A stretch of DNA of 60,153 bases from Microcoleus sp. Aus8_D1 (GTDB lineage: Bacteria; Cyanobacteriota; Cyanobacteriia; Cyanobacteriales; Microcoleaceae): NCBI RefSeq assembly GCF_036702645.1, contig NZ_JAUBUO010000016.1, positions 92,186-152,338 on the forward strand. The letters are read 5' to 3'. Below are positions 51,163 to 59,924 of this stretch, piece by piece; position 1 is the first letter of the stretch, and every line of letters begins with the position of its first letter. The notes under the pieces are model-generated. The model saw only the letters and a list, made by a program, of their open reading frames with translations, searched no databases and was not told the origin of the DNA. The position numbers and the translations under genes are program-made.

Positions 51163-51400
51163 GTAACTACCTTGACCAACTTAGGACTTGACTTGTATAT
51201 TAGGTGGATACTTTTACCCGGCGGTAACGAACCTTCTGTGTGGCAAGAAGACATTGACAGTAGCCAACTTTCTTTGTGGCAAGCTCACGCCAACAAAGTG
51301 CTTAGTCCCTTCTTTTTGGGTAGGGAAATAGGAGATGAAATTACTTTAGACTGGGATTTACCAATGCCTCGCCACTGGCAACAAATCTCTAGAAAAGAGT

Positions 51401-51884
51401 AAGTTTGTCAGGTTAGGTAAAGTTAATATGCTAATGAGTCCTTTGGGTAGGGGGACTCATTTTTATTGTTTATCCCCTTATTTAAGGGGTTAAAGTTAAA
51501 TAATAGATTATCAATTATCCTACATATTTTTACTCTCACCAAGTCGAAAATCACTACTCTAGAGTCTGCCAAGCATAGCGATATTTGTACTTTGTGTTAT
51601 GGCCTAAAATCAAAACCGGGTTTTTCACCCCAAAACGTCATTTTAATTTTTTATAAATGGGGGTTTTGGGAGTGTTTATGATTTATCCCCTTATTTAAGG
51701 GGTTAAAGTTAAAGTGCAAGATACTAAGCTAGATTTTAGAGGGTGTGGTGTCTAGATTATGCCTAGAAAGTGACAAGCCACAATTAAGCAATCTCAACAA
51801 CTAGGATAACGTAAATAGGTTAAATGACTAGAAAGTATCTAGAAATCAAGGATAGGATGGCTGAAAGCATTGGTAAATGGTAAC
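51401..51884. repeat. Left arm of the long inverted repeat flanking ppk; carries a 195-bp insertion (51496..51690) bounded by duplicated palindromes
   Basis: Reverse complement of 54487..54753 aligns at >95% identity apart from the insertion. Confidence 0.85.
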
Positions 51885-52051
51885 TAATCTGGATTAGCGC
51901 CACACCGCTGGAATTGCCGTTAACAGGTTTTGCGGTGGATGCAGAGGATTTGTTGGAGGCGGTGCAGGATTGGATTGCGGGGATTGGTGCGTGATATGAT
52001 GTTATGCCTTTGGGGCGGGCTAGAAGCCCACCCCACAAGAGTTTATACTCG

Positions 52052-52152
52052 TTACCAGGCTCTGCCTGGTAACGCAGATCCGGGAGGCTCTGCCTCCATT
52101 TTACCAGCCGAGGCAGAGCCTCTGAATATGGGTTCCAAGGCTCTGCCTTGGA
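52052..52152. promoter_or_regulatory. Cluster of four hairpins in the ppk leader with a conserved GGCTCTGCC core and covarying stems
   Basis: ttaccaggCTCTGcctggtaa (52052-52072), ggaggCTCTGcctcc (52083-52097), gaggCAGAGcctc (52110-52122, opposite polarity), ttccaaggCTCTGccttggaa (52132-52152). Confidence 0.4.
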
Positions 52153-52305
52153 ACCAGTTAAGTTTTAATTTCTTCAACCCCTCTGAGCTCGGGTTTTGTC
52201 TGTGTCGGCGCGATTTCAATCGCCCGCAACCGCCCCACTACCGCAATACTACTGCAATACTAATGGTAAAGATACAATCGAGCCTCCCCAAGACTCCCGC
52301 AAACC

Positions 52306-54486
52306 ATGTCCAAGCAAAAAAAGACCCCAGCCAAAACCTACACCGAAATCAACCTCAGCGACCCGCAATACTACTTCAACCGAGAACAAAGCTGGCTAGA
52401 ATTCAACAACCGCGTGCTCCACGAAGCCCTAGACCCCCGCACGCCCCTCCTAGAAAGACTCAAATTTCTCGCTATTTTTAGCTCAAACTTAGACGAATAC
52501 TTCATGGTGCGAGTAGCCGCACTCAAACAGCAAGTAGAAGCAAAAGTCAGTAAATTGACCTCCGACGGCCGCACGCCCCAAGAACAGCTAGATGCCATCA
52601 ACAAGCGGCTTTTGCCGATGGTTACTCAGCAACACTCGTATTTTGAGCAAACTCTGCGGCCCAAATTAGCAGCAAACGGCATCCACATTCTCGACTACAT
52701 TGACCTCAATCAAGAACAGCGAAATTACTTGCATCGCTACTTCAAAGAACAAGTATTTCCTGTGCTCACACCCCTAGCAGTTGACCCCAGTCATCCCTTC
52801 CCATTTCTATCCAATCTCAGTCTTAATTTAGCAGTAGTTGTCAGAGACCCCGACACCCGCGAAGAACTATTTGCGCGCGTCAAAGTACCGCAGGTTCTGC
52901 CCAGATTTTTGCCCTTACCGGAGGACTTGCAGTGGCAGCAGAGGGGCAAATCTCCTGTGTGGACGGGGGTACCTCTCGAACAGGTAATCGCCCACAATTT
53001 AGAGGCTTTGTTTCCGGGGATGGACATTCAGGAATATCACCCGTTTCGGATTACTCGCAATTCCGATTTGACTGTGGAGGAAGATGAGGCAGATGATTTG
53101 CTGCTGGCCATTGAACAGGAACTCCGCAAACGCCGATTTACAGGTTCTGCGGTGCGCCTGGAAATTCCAGCGATTATGCCGCCTGCACTGCGAGATATGT
53201 TGATGGACGAGTTGGATCTCGGCGAGCAGGATGTTTACGCCGTGGAGGGGCTGCTAGGCCTCAAGGATTTGATGTCTTTTGTCGGGTTGCCGGTACCGGA
53301 ACTCAAAGATCCGCCTTGGACTCCGGTGGTGCCGCCCCGCTTGCGGAACTCGGAACCGCCCAGGATGGTAGGTAAATCGATGTTGGATGTTGAGGAGGGT
53401 GAGGATATTTTCACGGCCATCCGCCAGGGCGATTTGATGCTGCACCATCCCTATCACTCGTTTGCAGCCACTGTCCAGCGGTTTATTACTGAGGCGGCGA
53501 ACGATCGCTCGGTGTTAGCGATTAAGATGACTTTATACCGCACTTCTGGTGATTCGCCGATCGTCAGTTCTTTAATTCAAGCTGCGGAAAACGGCAAGCA
53601 AGTAGCCGTTTTAGTCGAGCTCAAAGCCCGGTTTGACGAAGAAAATAACATTAATTGGGCGCGCAAGTTAGAACAAGCGGGCGTGCACGTTGTCTACGGT
53701 TTGGTGGGACTCAAAACCCACACCAAGGTGGTGATGGTAGTCCGGCGCGAGGACAGTTGCATTCGCCGCTACGTCCACATCGGCACGGGAAATTACAACC
53801 CGAAAACTGCTGGACTGTATACGGATGTGGGTTTGTTGAGTTGTCGCGAAGATTTGGGTGCGGATTTGACGGACTTGTTTAATTATTTAACCGGTTATTC
53901 CCGACAGCTATCTTATCGTAAATTGTTGGTGGCGCCTGTCAATATGCGCGAGCGTTTTTTAGCATTAATCCGCCGCGAAGCCGACTTCTGCCGCTTACAG
54001 GCCGAAGGCGGCACCGGTAGCTGCGGCCGGATTGTCGCTAAAATGAATGCTTTAGTTGACCCTCAAATTATTGTTGCTTTGTACGAAGCTTCCCAAGCGG
54101 GTGTTAAAATTGATTTGATTATCCGGGGGATTTGTTGTTTGCGTCCGGGCGTTGAGGGTGTTAGCGAAAATATCAAAGTTATCAGTATTATCGGCCGCTT
54201 TTTAGAGCATTCTCGGATGTTTTATTTTTTCAACGGCGGCAACGAAGAGGTGTATATTGGTTCTGCTGACTGGATGCAGCGCAATCTCACAAGGCGGGTT
54301 GAGGCGATCGTGCAAGTGGAAGATCCGACTATAGTGATGGAGTTGCAAGAAATTTTGGGTGTGATGTTGGCGGACAACCGCCAAGCTTGGGATTTGCAGT
54401 CTGGGGGACACTACTCTCAGCGACGCCCGCCTGCTAATAACCCGGAGGTGAGCTCTCAGCAAATTTTGATGGATATGGTAAATTAA
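52306..54486 (+). CDS. ppk: Polyphosphate kinase 1
   Basis: DPQYYFNREQSWLEFNNRVL N-terminus and conserved PPK1 histidine regions. GC-rich, unlike the flanking DNA. The stop codon sits at the inner edge of the right inverted repeat. Confidence 0.92.
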   Translation: MSKQKKTPAKTYTEINLSDPQYYFNREQSWLEFNNRVLHEALDPRTPLLERLKFLAIFSSNLDEYFMVRVAALKQQVEAKVSKLTSDGRTPQEQLDAINKRLLPMVTQQHSYFEQTLRPKLAANGIHILDYIDLNQEQRNYLHRYFKEQVFPVLTPLAVDPSHPFPFLSNLSLNLAVVVRDPDTREELFARVKVPQVLPRFLPLPEDLQWQQRGKSPVWTGVPLEQVIAHNLEALFPGMDIQEYHPFRITRNSDLTVEEDEADDLLLAIEQELRKRRFTGSAVRLEIPAIMPPALRDMLMDELDLGEQDVYAVEGLLGLKDLMSFVGLPVPELKDPPWTPVVPPRLRNSEPPRMVGKSMLDVEEGEDIFTAIRQGDLMLHHPYHSFAATVQRFITEAANDRSVLAIKMTLYRTSGDSPIVSSLIQAAENGKQVAVLVELKARFDEENNINWARKLEQAGVHVVYGLVGLKTHTKVVMVVRREDSCIRRYVHIGTGNYNPKTAGLYTDVGLLSCREDLGADLTDLFNYLTGYSRQLSYRKLLVAPVNMRERFLALIRREADFCRLQAEGGTGSCGRIVAKMNALVDPQIIVALYEASQAGVKIDLIIRGICCLRPGVEGVSENIKVISIIGRFLEHSRMFYFFNGGNEEVYIGSADWMQRNLTRRVEAIVQVEDPTIVMELQEILGVMLADNRQAWDLQSGGHYSQRRPPANNPEVSSQQILMDMVN

Positions 54487-54753
54487 CCATTTACCAATGC
54501 TTTCAGCCATCCTATCCTTGATTTCTAGATACATTCTAGTCATTTAACCTATTTACGTCATCCTAGTTGTTGAGTTTGCTTAATTGTGGCTTGTCACTTT
54601 CTAGGCATAATCTAGACACCACACCCTCTAAAATCTAGCTTAGTATCTTGTACTTTAATTTTACCCCCTTAAATAAGGGGATAAACCATAAAAATGAGTC
54701 CCCCTACCCAAAGGACTCATTAGCATATTAACTTTACCTAACCCGACAAACTT
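54487..54753. repeat. Right arm of the long inverted repeat flanking ppk
   Basis: Reverse complement matches 51401..51495 plus 51691..51884. Includes palindrome copy 54661-54686 and hairpin ATGAGTCC...GGACTCAT. Confidence 0.85.
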
Positions 54754-54758
54754 GATAC

Positions 54759-54953
54759 TTAGAGCGGCATAGCCTCATTGTTGCCGATACCAAGATTTAA
54801 CGCTTCAACCTGACTTTTTAACCCCGCGATGTCTGATTCGGTTAAATCCGATTCATTATCCATTTTCAGTTCGTTCTGAATAGCCGCAAGTTGACTCTTA
54901 TGGTTAATTAGAATCTCTAAGATAGCCTTTACAACAGCGAGCAAGGTTTTCAT
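54759..54953 (-). CDS. Hypothetical small acidic protein (64 aa), last gene of the minus-strand operon
   Basis: ORF in the operon context. Confidence 0.3.
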   Translation of the reverse strand: MKTLLAVVKAILEILINHKSQLAAIQNELKMDNESDLTESDIAGLKSQVEALNLGIGNNEAMPL

Positions 54954-55005
54954 GCGATTTATGTCCTATTTGCGGTTCTAAAGTTATTGTAATAGTTGTG
55001 TCCGG

Positions 55006-55209
55006 TTAATTCAACCTTTTAGCTTTGGCAATTTTAAGTTTCTTAACCAAGTCCCGTACAAATGTTTTCATATCTCCTTCAATTTCCAGTCCCATATTGC
55101 GCCGCTCTAAAAGCATATCCAATTCCCGTAGACGTACTAACTCTTCTATTTTTGACTTGACCGCTTTACTGATGTACTTTTTAGTACCTTTATCACCTTT
55201 TTTCGCCAT
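55006..55209 (-). CDS. Hypothetical small Lys-rich basic protein (67 aa), possibly nucleic-acid binding
   Basis: MAKKGDKGTKKYISKAVKSKIEELVRLRELD... Start lies 2 nt from the upstream gene end. Confidence 0.35.
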   Translation of the reverse strand: MAKKGDKGTKKYISKAVKSKIEELVRLRELDMLLERRNMGLEIEGDMKTFVRDLVKKLKIAKAKRLN

Positions 55210-55210
55210 A

Positions 55211-57547
55211 CTACACTCCTCTTAAGGCTTTAGATATTGAGATATTATTGGGGTCAAATTTCCACTTAACAATAGGAATGTTGCTAGGTTGCAACATTTT
55301 ATTTAATACGGCCTCAACTTCATTATCCGTCTTAGCTTTGCTAATATTAATTTTTTTAGGCTCGGATTTTTGAAAACCTTTATGAGATTCATGGATAGTA
55401 AAGCTCACGGGTACATCTTCAGTGTCCAAAATAGGTTCATATCCAATAGCATCTATGATGTATTCAACTTTTCTGCTTGTCTCGGCTAACGCGCTCATTA
55501 ATTGCACTAATTGCATAATTGCACTAATCTCAAACTTCTGACTGCTGTCGCCATTGGACATACTTTCCGCAACCATCTCATATATTTGCGATGCCCACGC
55601 CGTCGCATTGACATTTTGCCACTCGTTGCCTAGTGGCTTGCTAATTGGATTAATGATTAATCCATTGGCAAGCATCCTAAATAATGCTTGCGTCACGGCG
55701 TAATAATCCTCACATTCTTGATTTCCCTTGCCTCCTGCTACCATAAAGGCTTTCGCAACTTTAAATTTATCTTTTTTCATCTTGGCAATACCAAGATATT
55801 TGTATATCTCTTTAATCTCTTTACAACAATCCATAGGTTTTATCTTTGTAGGTTTATTAGGTAAGCGGGGTGGCTTGTATTTAGGTGTTGGTACTGGAAT
55901 ACAAGTGCTATTAGCAATTGTAACCTTAATTGTGTGGGTATATTCATAAAATGCCCACACTCCACTAGGTTCAAAATGTCCGCCAGTGCTATGATGTAGA
56001 GTTGAAAGGTAATCATACATTGCTTGCTCATCACCTTTCAACTCTACAAGACCACCACCTATACTACGACGTTCAATCAAACCCCACCCACTGACTGTAT
56101 CAGGGCGAGGGTCTACAGGAATATTAACCGTTGTAGACTTGCTTCTTTTGTAATTGTATGTACCAGGATTAGGTTCCACAAGATTCAGGTGCAAAAAGTC
56201 TGTCTTAGAAACAACTGTACCCGTAAGAATACCATTGCTATCATATGTACCGTTTACAATTGAAGAGAAGTTATCCACAACATCTCCAAATTGATAAGGA
56301 GGATTACCCGAATAATCTCCTTTCCAGTCATAATGAATTTTTTCGTAATTGTAAATAAGTTTACAAAAACTTTTTGTACCTATAGGATAGATTGGTGCGG
56401 GTTCGATTGGTGGTCTAGGTGGTTTAGGGAATGGACTCCCTGTTGGAGTCGGAGTTGGCGTAGGCGTAGGCGTAGGCGTTGGAGTAGGTGTATCACGCGG
56501 CCATGGTGATGGTCTAGGTGTTTTGGGACGTGGGTTAGGTTTAGGAGGAGGAGCGGGTTTAGGTGTTTTTGGCGTAGGAGTTTTAGGTATAGCTGTTGGT
56601 TTAGGTGGTTTAGGTGGTTTAGGTGGTTTAGGTGGAGTTGAAGGCTTCTTTAAATTAATTGGCGATGTATCGATTGGTTTTTTAGGGTTTATAGGTGATT
56701 TTTTCTTTAAATCAATTACAGGTTTCTTTTTAAGGTCAATTGGTGATTTTTTCTTTAAATCAATTACAGGTTTCTTTTTAAGATTTGTAGGTGTGCGTTT
56801 TTTCTCGAAACCTGTTGGTTTCTTTTTGGTGTCAAGCTGTGGTTTTTTGTCTGTTTTGGGTTGATCCGGTTTAGGTGTTTTGGGACGTGGGTTAGGTTTA
56901 GGTGTATCTTTAGTAGGTGTATCGGATTTAGGTGTTTTTGGTTGTGGTTTTTTACGTGCAGATTTATTATCACTTGGTGCATTAGGTCTAGGTGGTCTAG
57001 GTGATTTTGGGGAACGTTCAAAGTCTAATCTTGGTAGCTTTAAAGTGCCTTCATTTTGTGGGTCTCCCTTGTCTCTACTAAAAGTGGTACAGGCCTCTAT
57101 AATTCCAATACCAAAACAAGTTTTTAAGGTTTTACTACCACCCGCATCTCGTGCTAATTCAATACCAATACCAAAACCTTGAATCGAAATTGACGCATCG
57201 CCCAGACTACTACCACTTATACCTCCGCCAAAACCCAAAAAACTACCCGCAATGTTACCACCTATGGAATTTATAGTTCCATTGTCATTAAATTGAACAC
57301 TTGCACCTATTTCTGCACCTAATTTATTTTTAGCAGAACCTATGCCTGCGCTAAGTCCTGCACCTTTATTTTCTGGGTCAATATAGCCCGTTACGCGGTT
57401 ATTCCTAATAAACGCATCAATTCCTATTTCTACACTTGCATCAGTACGAATACCGCCTAAAGAGCCTATCGTGCGCTCTCCTTCTAGTGAAAGCTTTACG
57501 GCTCCATTACTACTTTGTTGTTGGCGTGGACTTCTTGGTGTTCTCAT
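55211..57547 (-). CDS. Large ORFan protein: Gly-rich N-terminal domain, ~230-aa Pro/Thr/Lys-rich low-complexity linker with 10-aa repeats (IDLKKKPV), ~400-aa C-terminal domain
   Basis: Clean 778-aa ORF. (TP)n and (PKP)n tracts. Palindrome copy 57558-57583 immediately upstream of its start codon. Confidence 0.6.
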   Translation of the reverse strand: MRTPRSPRQQQSSNGAVKLSLEGERTIGSLGGIRTDASVEIGIDAFIRNNRVTGYIDPENKGAGLSAGIGSAKNKLGAEIGASVQFNDNGTINSIGGNIAGSFLGFGGGISGSSLGDASISIQGFGIGIELARDAGGSKTLKTCFGIGIIEACTTFSRDKGDPQNEGTLKLPRLDFERSPKSPRPPRPNAPSDNKSARKKPQPKTPKSDTPTKDTPKPNPRPKTPKPDQPKTDKKPQLDTKKKPTGFEKKRTPTNLKKKPVIDLKKKSPIDLKKKPVIDLKKKSPINPKKPIDTSPINLKKPSTPPKPPKPPKPPKPTAIPKTPTPKTPKPAPPPKPNPRPKTPRPSPWPRDTPTPTPTPTPTPTPTPTGSPFPKPPRPPIEPAPIYPIGTKSFCKLIYNYEKIHYDWKGDYSGNPPYQFGDVVDNFSSIVNGTYDSNGILTGTVVSKTDFLHLNLVEPNPGTYNYKRSKSTTVNIPVDPRPDTVSGWGLIERRSIGGGLVELKGDEQAMYDYLSTLHHSTGGHFEPSGVWAFYEYTHTIKVTIANSTCIPVPTPKYKPPRLPNKPTKIKPMDCCKEIKEIYKYLGIAKMKKDKFKVAKAFMVAGGKGNQECEDYYAVTQALFRMLANGLIINPISKPLGNEWQNVNATAWASQIYEMVAESMSNGDSSQKFEISAIMQLVQLMSALAETSRKVEYIIDAIGYEPILDTEDVPVSFTIHESHKGFQKSEPKKINISKAKTDNEVEAVLNKMLQPSNIPIVKWKFDPNNISISKALRGV

Positions 57548-57657
57548 ATTTTTATTGTTTACCCCCCTATTTATGGGGGTAAAATGGTTAATTATTAGAA
57601 AATTTATTTAGTTCTATTTTAAAGTAACGTAATGATGCTTTACTTTTATTGATTAAA

Positions 57658-58734
57658 TTAAGCTACGTATTCAATAACTACATAAAAAGGTTTAGAAAGA
57701 ATACCCGCCGAGTTGGCAGATTCGTTAGTAATATAAATATTTGTGGCATCTCTCGCAATAATAGTATTAAAATTAAACTGCTTTCCACATAAAGGAACTA
57801 AAGAATCAGTTGCGTAAAAAACAACTCCACACGCGCTTATTACTTTAGTTGAATTTATTCCGTGGGCTACAAATATTGATGCGCCTTCAGTCGCTGCTGT
57901 AGTACCACTGATTAATTTCTTTTTTATAGCAACATTATCGCCTAATGAGGTAAAACCAAACAGGCGGAAATTTCCACTCGAATCAACACTAAAAATGTTA
58001 GCGACAATAGCGGAATAATTATCTGAAAGCCTCCTCATTAATAAATTTCCCGAGCTTGTCAACCCACAGTCAATCACTTTTTGATTAGTTGGGGCTTGAG
58101 CAGCCGAAAGAAACCAATACCCACCGCCACCGATACCAGTAGCAAACAATCCGGCTTGATTTTCTTTACTTACATCTGCGAGACTTTCTACTCCTTGTGA
58201 GCGAATAGATTGTTTGCTCGTCAACGACAAAGTAAAAATTTTAATGCCGTTGATAACTTGGTTAAGCGAGGCACTAACAAATTCTAAAGGATTGTGCCAC
58301 GTTCTGTCACCTTTTAGTAAATAACTTTCTTCACCTGCGGAGGCTCCCTTAACCAGCCCATTAGTACCGCCTGCAATTGGCGTAGCAGCGCCGAACAAAT
58401 TTAATAGATTTTCTAATGCAGCCAGCCTATTTGTTAATTCTGTTAAATCATTTTTTTTTGAGATTTCTATGGTGCAACCAAAATCAATAGAAATAAAATC
58501 CGTATCCCATAGCAAACCATCACCATAATCGACTAGCTGTATTGCTATTGCATCATTTTTTTCCATTATGCGGGTTGGATATCCTGTATAGCTGCGTAAA
58601 TCTAAATAATCTTTACGTCCCCTATTTACCAAAATTATCTCGGCTGCTTCATTCCAATCACCCGTATTGTTCTTTCGTTTTAATATTTTTAAGCCTATTT
58701 TATTTGAATTTGCTTCTGATTTATTCAACAACAA
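57658..58734 (-). CDS. Hypothetical beta-rich, Gly/Ser/Thr/Asn-rich protein (358 aa); tail-fibre or adhesin-like composition
   Basis: Clean ORF in the operon; no recognisable motif. Confidence 0.5.
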   Translation of the reverse strand: MLLNKSEANSNKIGLKILKRKNNTGDWNEAAEIILVNRGRKDYLDLRSYTGYPTRIMEKNDAIAIQLVDYGDGLLWDTDFISIDFGCTIEISKKNDLTELTNRLAALENLLNLFGAATPIAGGTNGLVKGASAGEESYLLKGDRTWHNPLEFVSASLNQVINGIKIFTLSLTSKQSIRSQGVESLADVSKENQAGLFATGIGGGGYWFLSAAQAPTNQKVIDCGLTSSGNLLMRRLSDNYSAIVANIFSVDSSGNFRLFGFTSLGDNVAIKKKLISGTTAATEGASIFVAHGINSTKVISACGVVFYATDSLVPLCGKQFNFNTIIARDATNIYITNESANSAGILSKPFYVVIEYVA

Positions 58735-58740
58735 AACTTT

Positions 58741-58947
58741 TTATGTGTCAGATTCATCGCCTTCAAATGTTGGAAATTGAGCAATATTAAAACTCCCTAA
58801 ATCCCTACTCGCATTGGCTGTATCTAAATAAATTGCTATACGCTCATCCGCATCAAATGTCATGTCGCGAAAATGAATGATTTCTAAGATCGTACCCGCT
58901 ACATAACTAGGTACAAATTTGGTTCCAAAAGTACGTGTAATTGTCAT
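58741..58947 (-). CDS. Hypothetical 68-aa protein
   Basis: Packed between operon genes with 6-10-nt spacers. Confidence 0.4.
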   Translation of the reverse strand: MTITRTFGTKFVPSYVAGTILEIIHFRDMTFDADERIAIYLDTANASRDLGSFNIAQFPTFEGDESDT

Positions 58948-58957
58948 TGGTTTCCTC

Positions 58958-59920
58958 TTAAGTTAGTAAAATAAAATCAGACAAGCCGTCACCAAAACCT
59001 TCGATAAGCCCTTCTAAGAGGTTGCCAAATGCAGGGTCTTTTTCTGTAATCTTTTCAACCTTATCCTCTACTTTTTGTGCAATACTCCAAGTTTGGCTTT
59101 CTTGTAAGCCCCAATTTTTAATCTTTTCATCAATAACTTTAATACCAGTGCGGACATTTTGTCGCGCATATTTTCGCAATTCTAAGTAACCTAACTTACC
59201 CGCTAGCGTTGTCGCGTATCTCATAAAAATGTTGGCAAGCTGCGAAAGCTCTTCTACTAATTCTTCCTCAATATTACTACCGTCTTGTTTCGCCGTAATT
59301 ATTAATGCGGCGGTAGCGGTAATTGAAATATTTAATTTAGGATTAGCTTTCCCTCCTCCTAGTGCAAGGCCTGCTAACATTCTACCTGTGCTTTCACCTA
59401 AATTATTAAGAAAACCTAGATAAGAACCATTCAATTCTGCGAGTATCGCAGCATCAGACTTTGCCCAATCGATATTATATACCGTATTACCAGTAGATAC
59501 TATTGCCTGTTGCAAAGTTGGTAGCATTAAACTTACCGCAACCCCACCTATTTTTATAGCTCCTAACGATGTCCACATAGCAGAAATACCCGATGATGCT
59601 ACAGCAAATAAGCCACTTGCAGACCCAATAAACCAACCTGCTACCGCTACCGCACCCGCGCCTGCAAGCGCACTTTTGGGGTCATCTCGAAACCATTGTT
59701 TGAATATGTCCCAATCACCCCTACCAATAGCGCTAAGAAGTTCTTTCCCGCCCTCAAACATTCGTTTACCTAAATCAATAGCAGATGAAATTCCCGATTT
59801 TATCGCACTCCATACTGCACCTGCTGCATCTTGTATCCATTTGTCAGGAGTGACACCTTCCAAAGAAAAGGCGAGTGCACTGGATTCTAGAGTTACGCCT
59901 GAGTTTGTATTTGTAACCAT
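58958..59920 (-). CDS. Hypothetical protein with a hydrophobic Gly/Ala-rich central segment (probable 2-3 TM helices, GxxxG-rich)
   Basis: AGAGAVAVAGWFIGSASGLFAVASSGISAMWTSLGAIKIGGVAVSLMLP. Confidence 0.5.
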   Translation of the reverse strand: MVTNTNSGVTLESSALAFSLEGVTPDKWIQDAAGAVWSAIKSGISSAIDLGKRMFEGGKELLSAIGRGDWDIFKQWFRDDPKSALAGAGAVAVAGWFIGSASGLFAVASSGISAMWTSLGAIKIGGVAVSLMLPTLQQAIVSTGNTVYNIDWAKSDAAILAELNGSYLGFLNNLGESTGRMLAGLALGGGKANPKLNISITATAALIITAKQDGSNIEEELVEELSQLANIFMRYATTLAGKLGYLELRKYARQNVRTGIKVIDEKIKNWGLQESQTWSIAQKVEDKVEKITEKDPAFGNLLEGLIEGFGDGLSDFILLT

Positions 59921-59924
59921 AATT

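Noticed and set aside
51930-52481. 183-aa and 67-aa plus-strand ORFs upstream of and overlapping the ppk start
   Set aside because: They span the hairpin cluster and overlap the well-supported ppk N-terminus in another frame. No coding signature.
56291-57182. Gly/Leu-rich ORFs on the plus strand (56523..56864, 56880..57182) and minus ORF 56764..57021
   Set aside because: Antisense or frameshifted translations of the Pro/Thr/Lys-rich low-complexity linker of the 778-aa gene.
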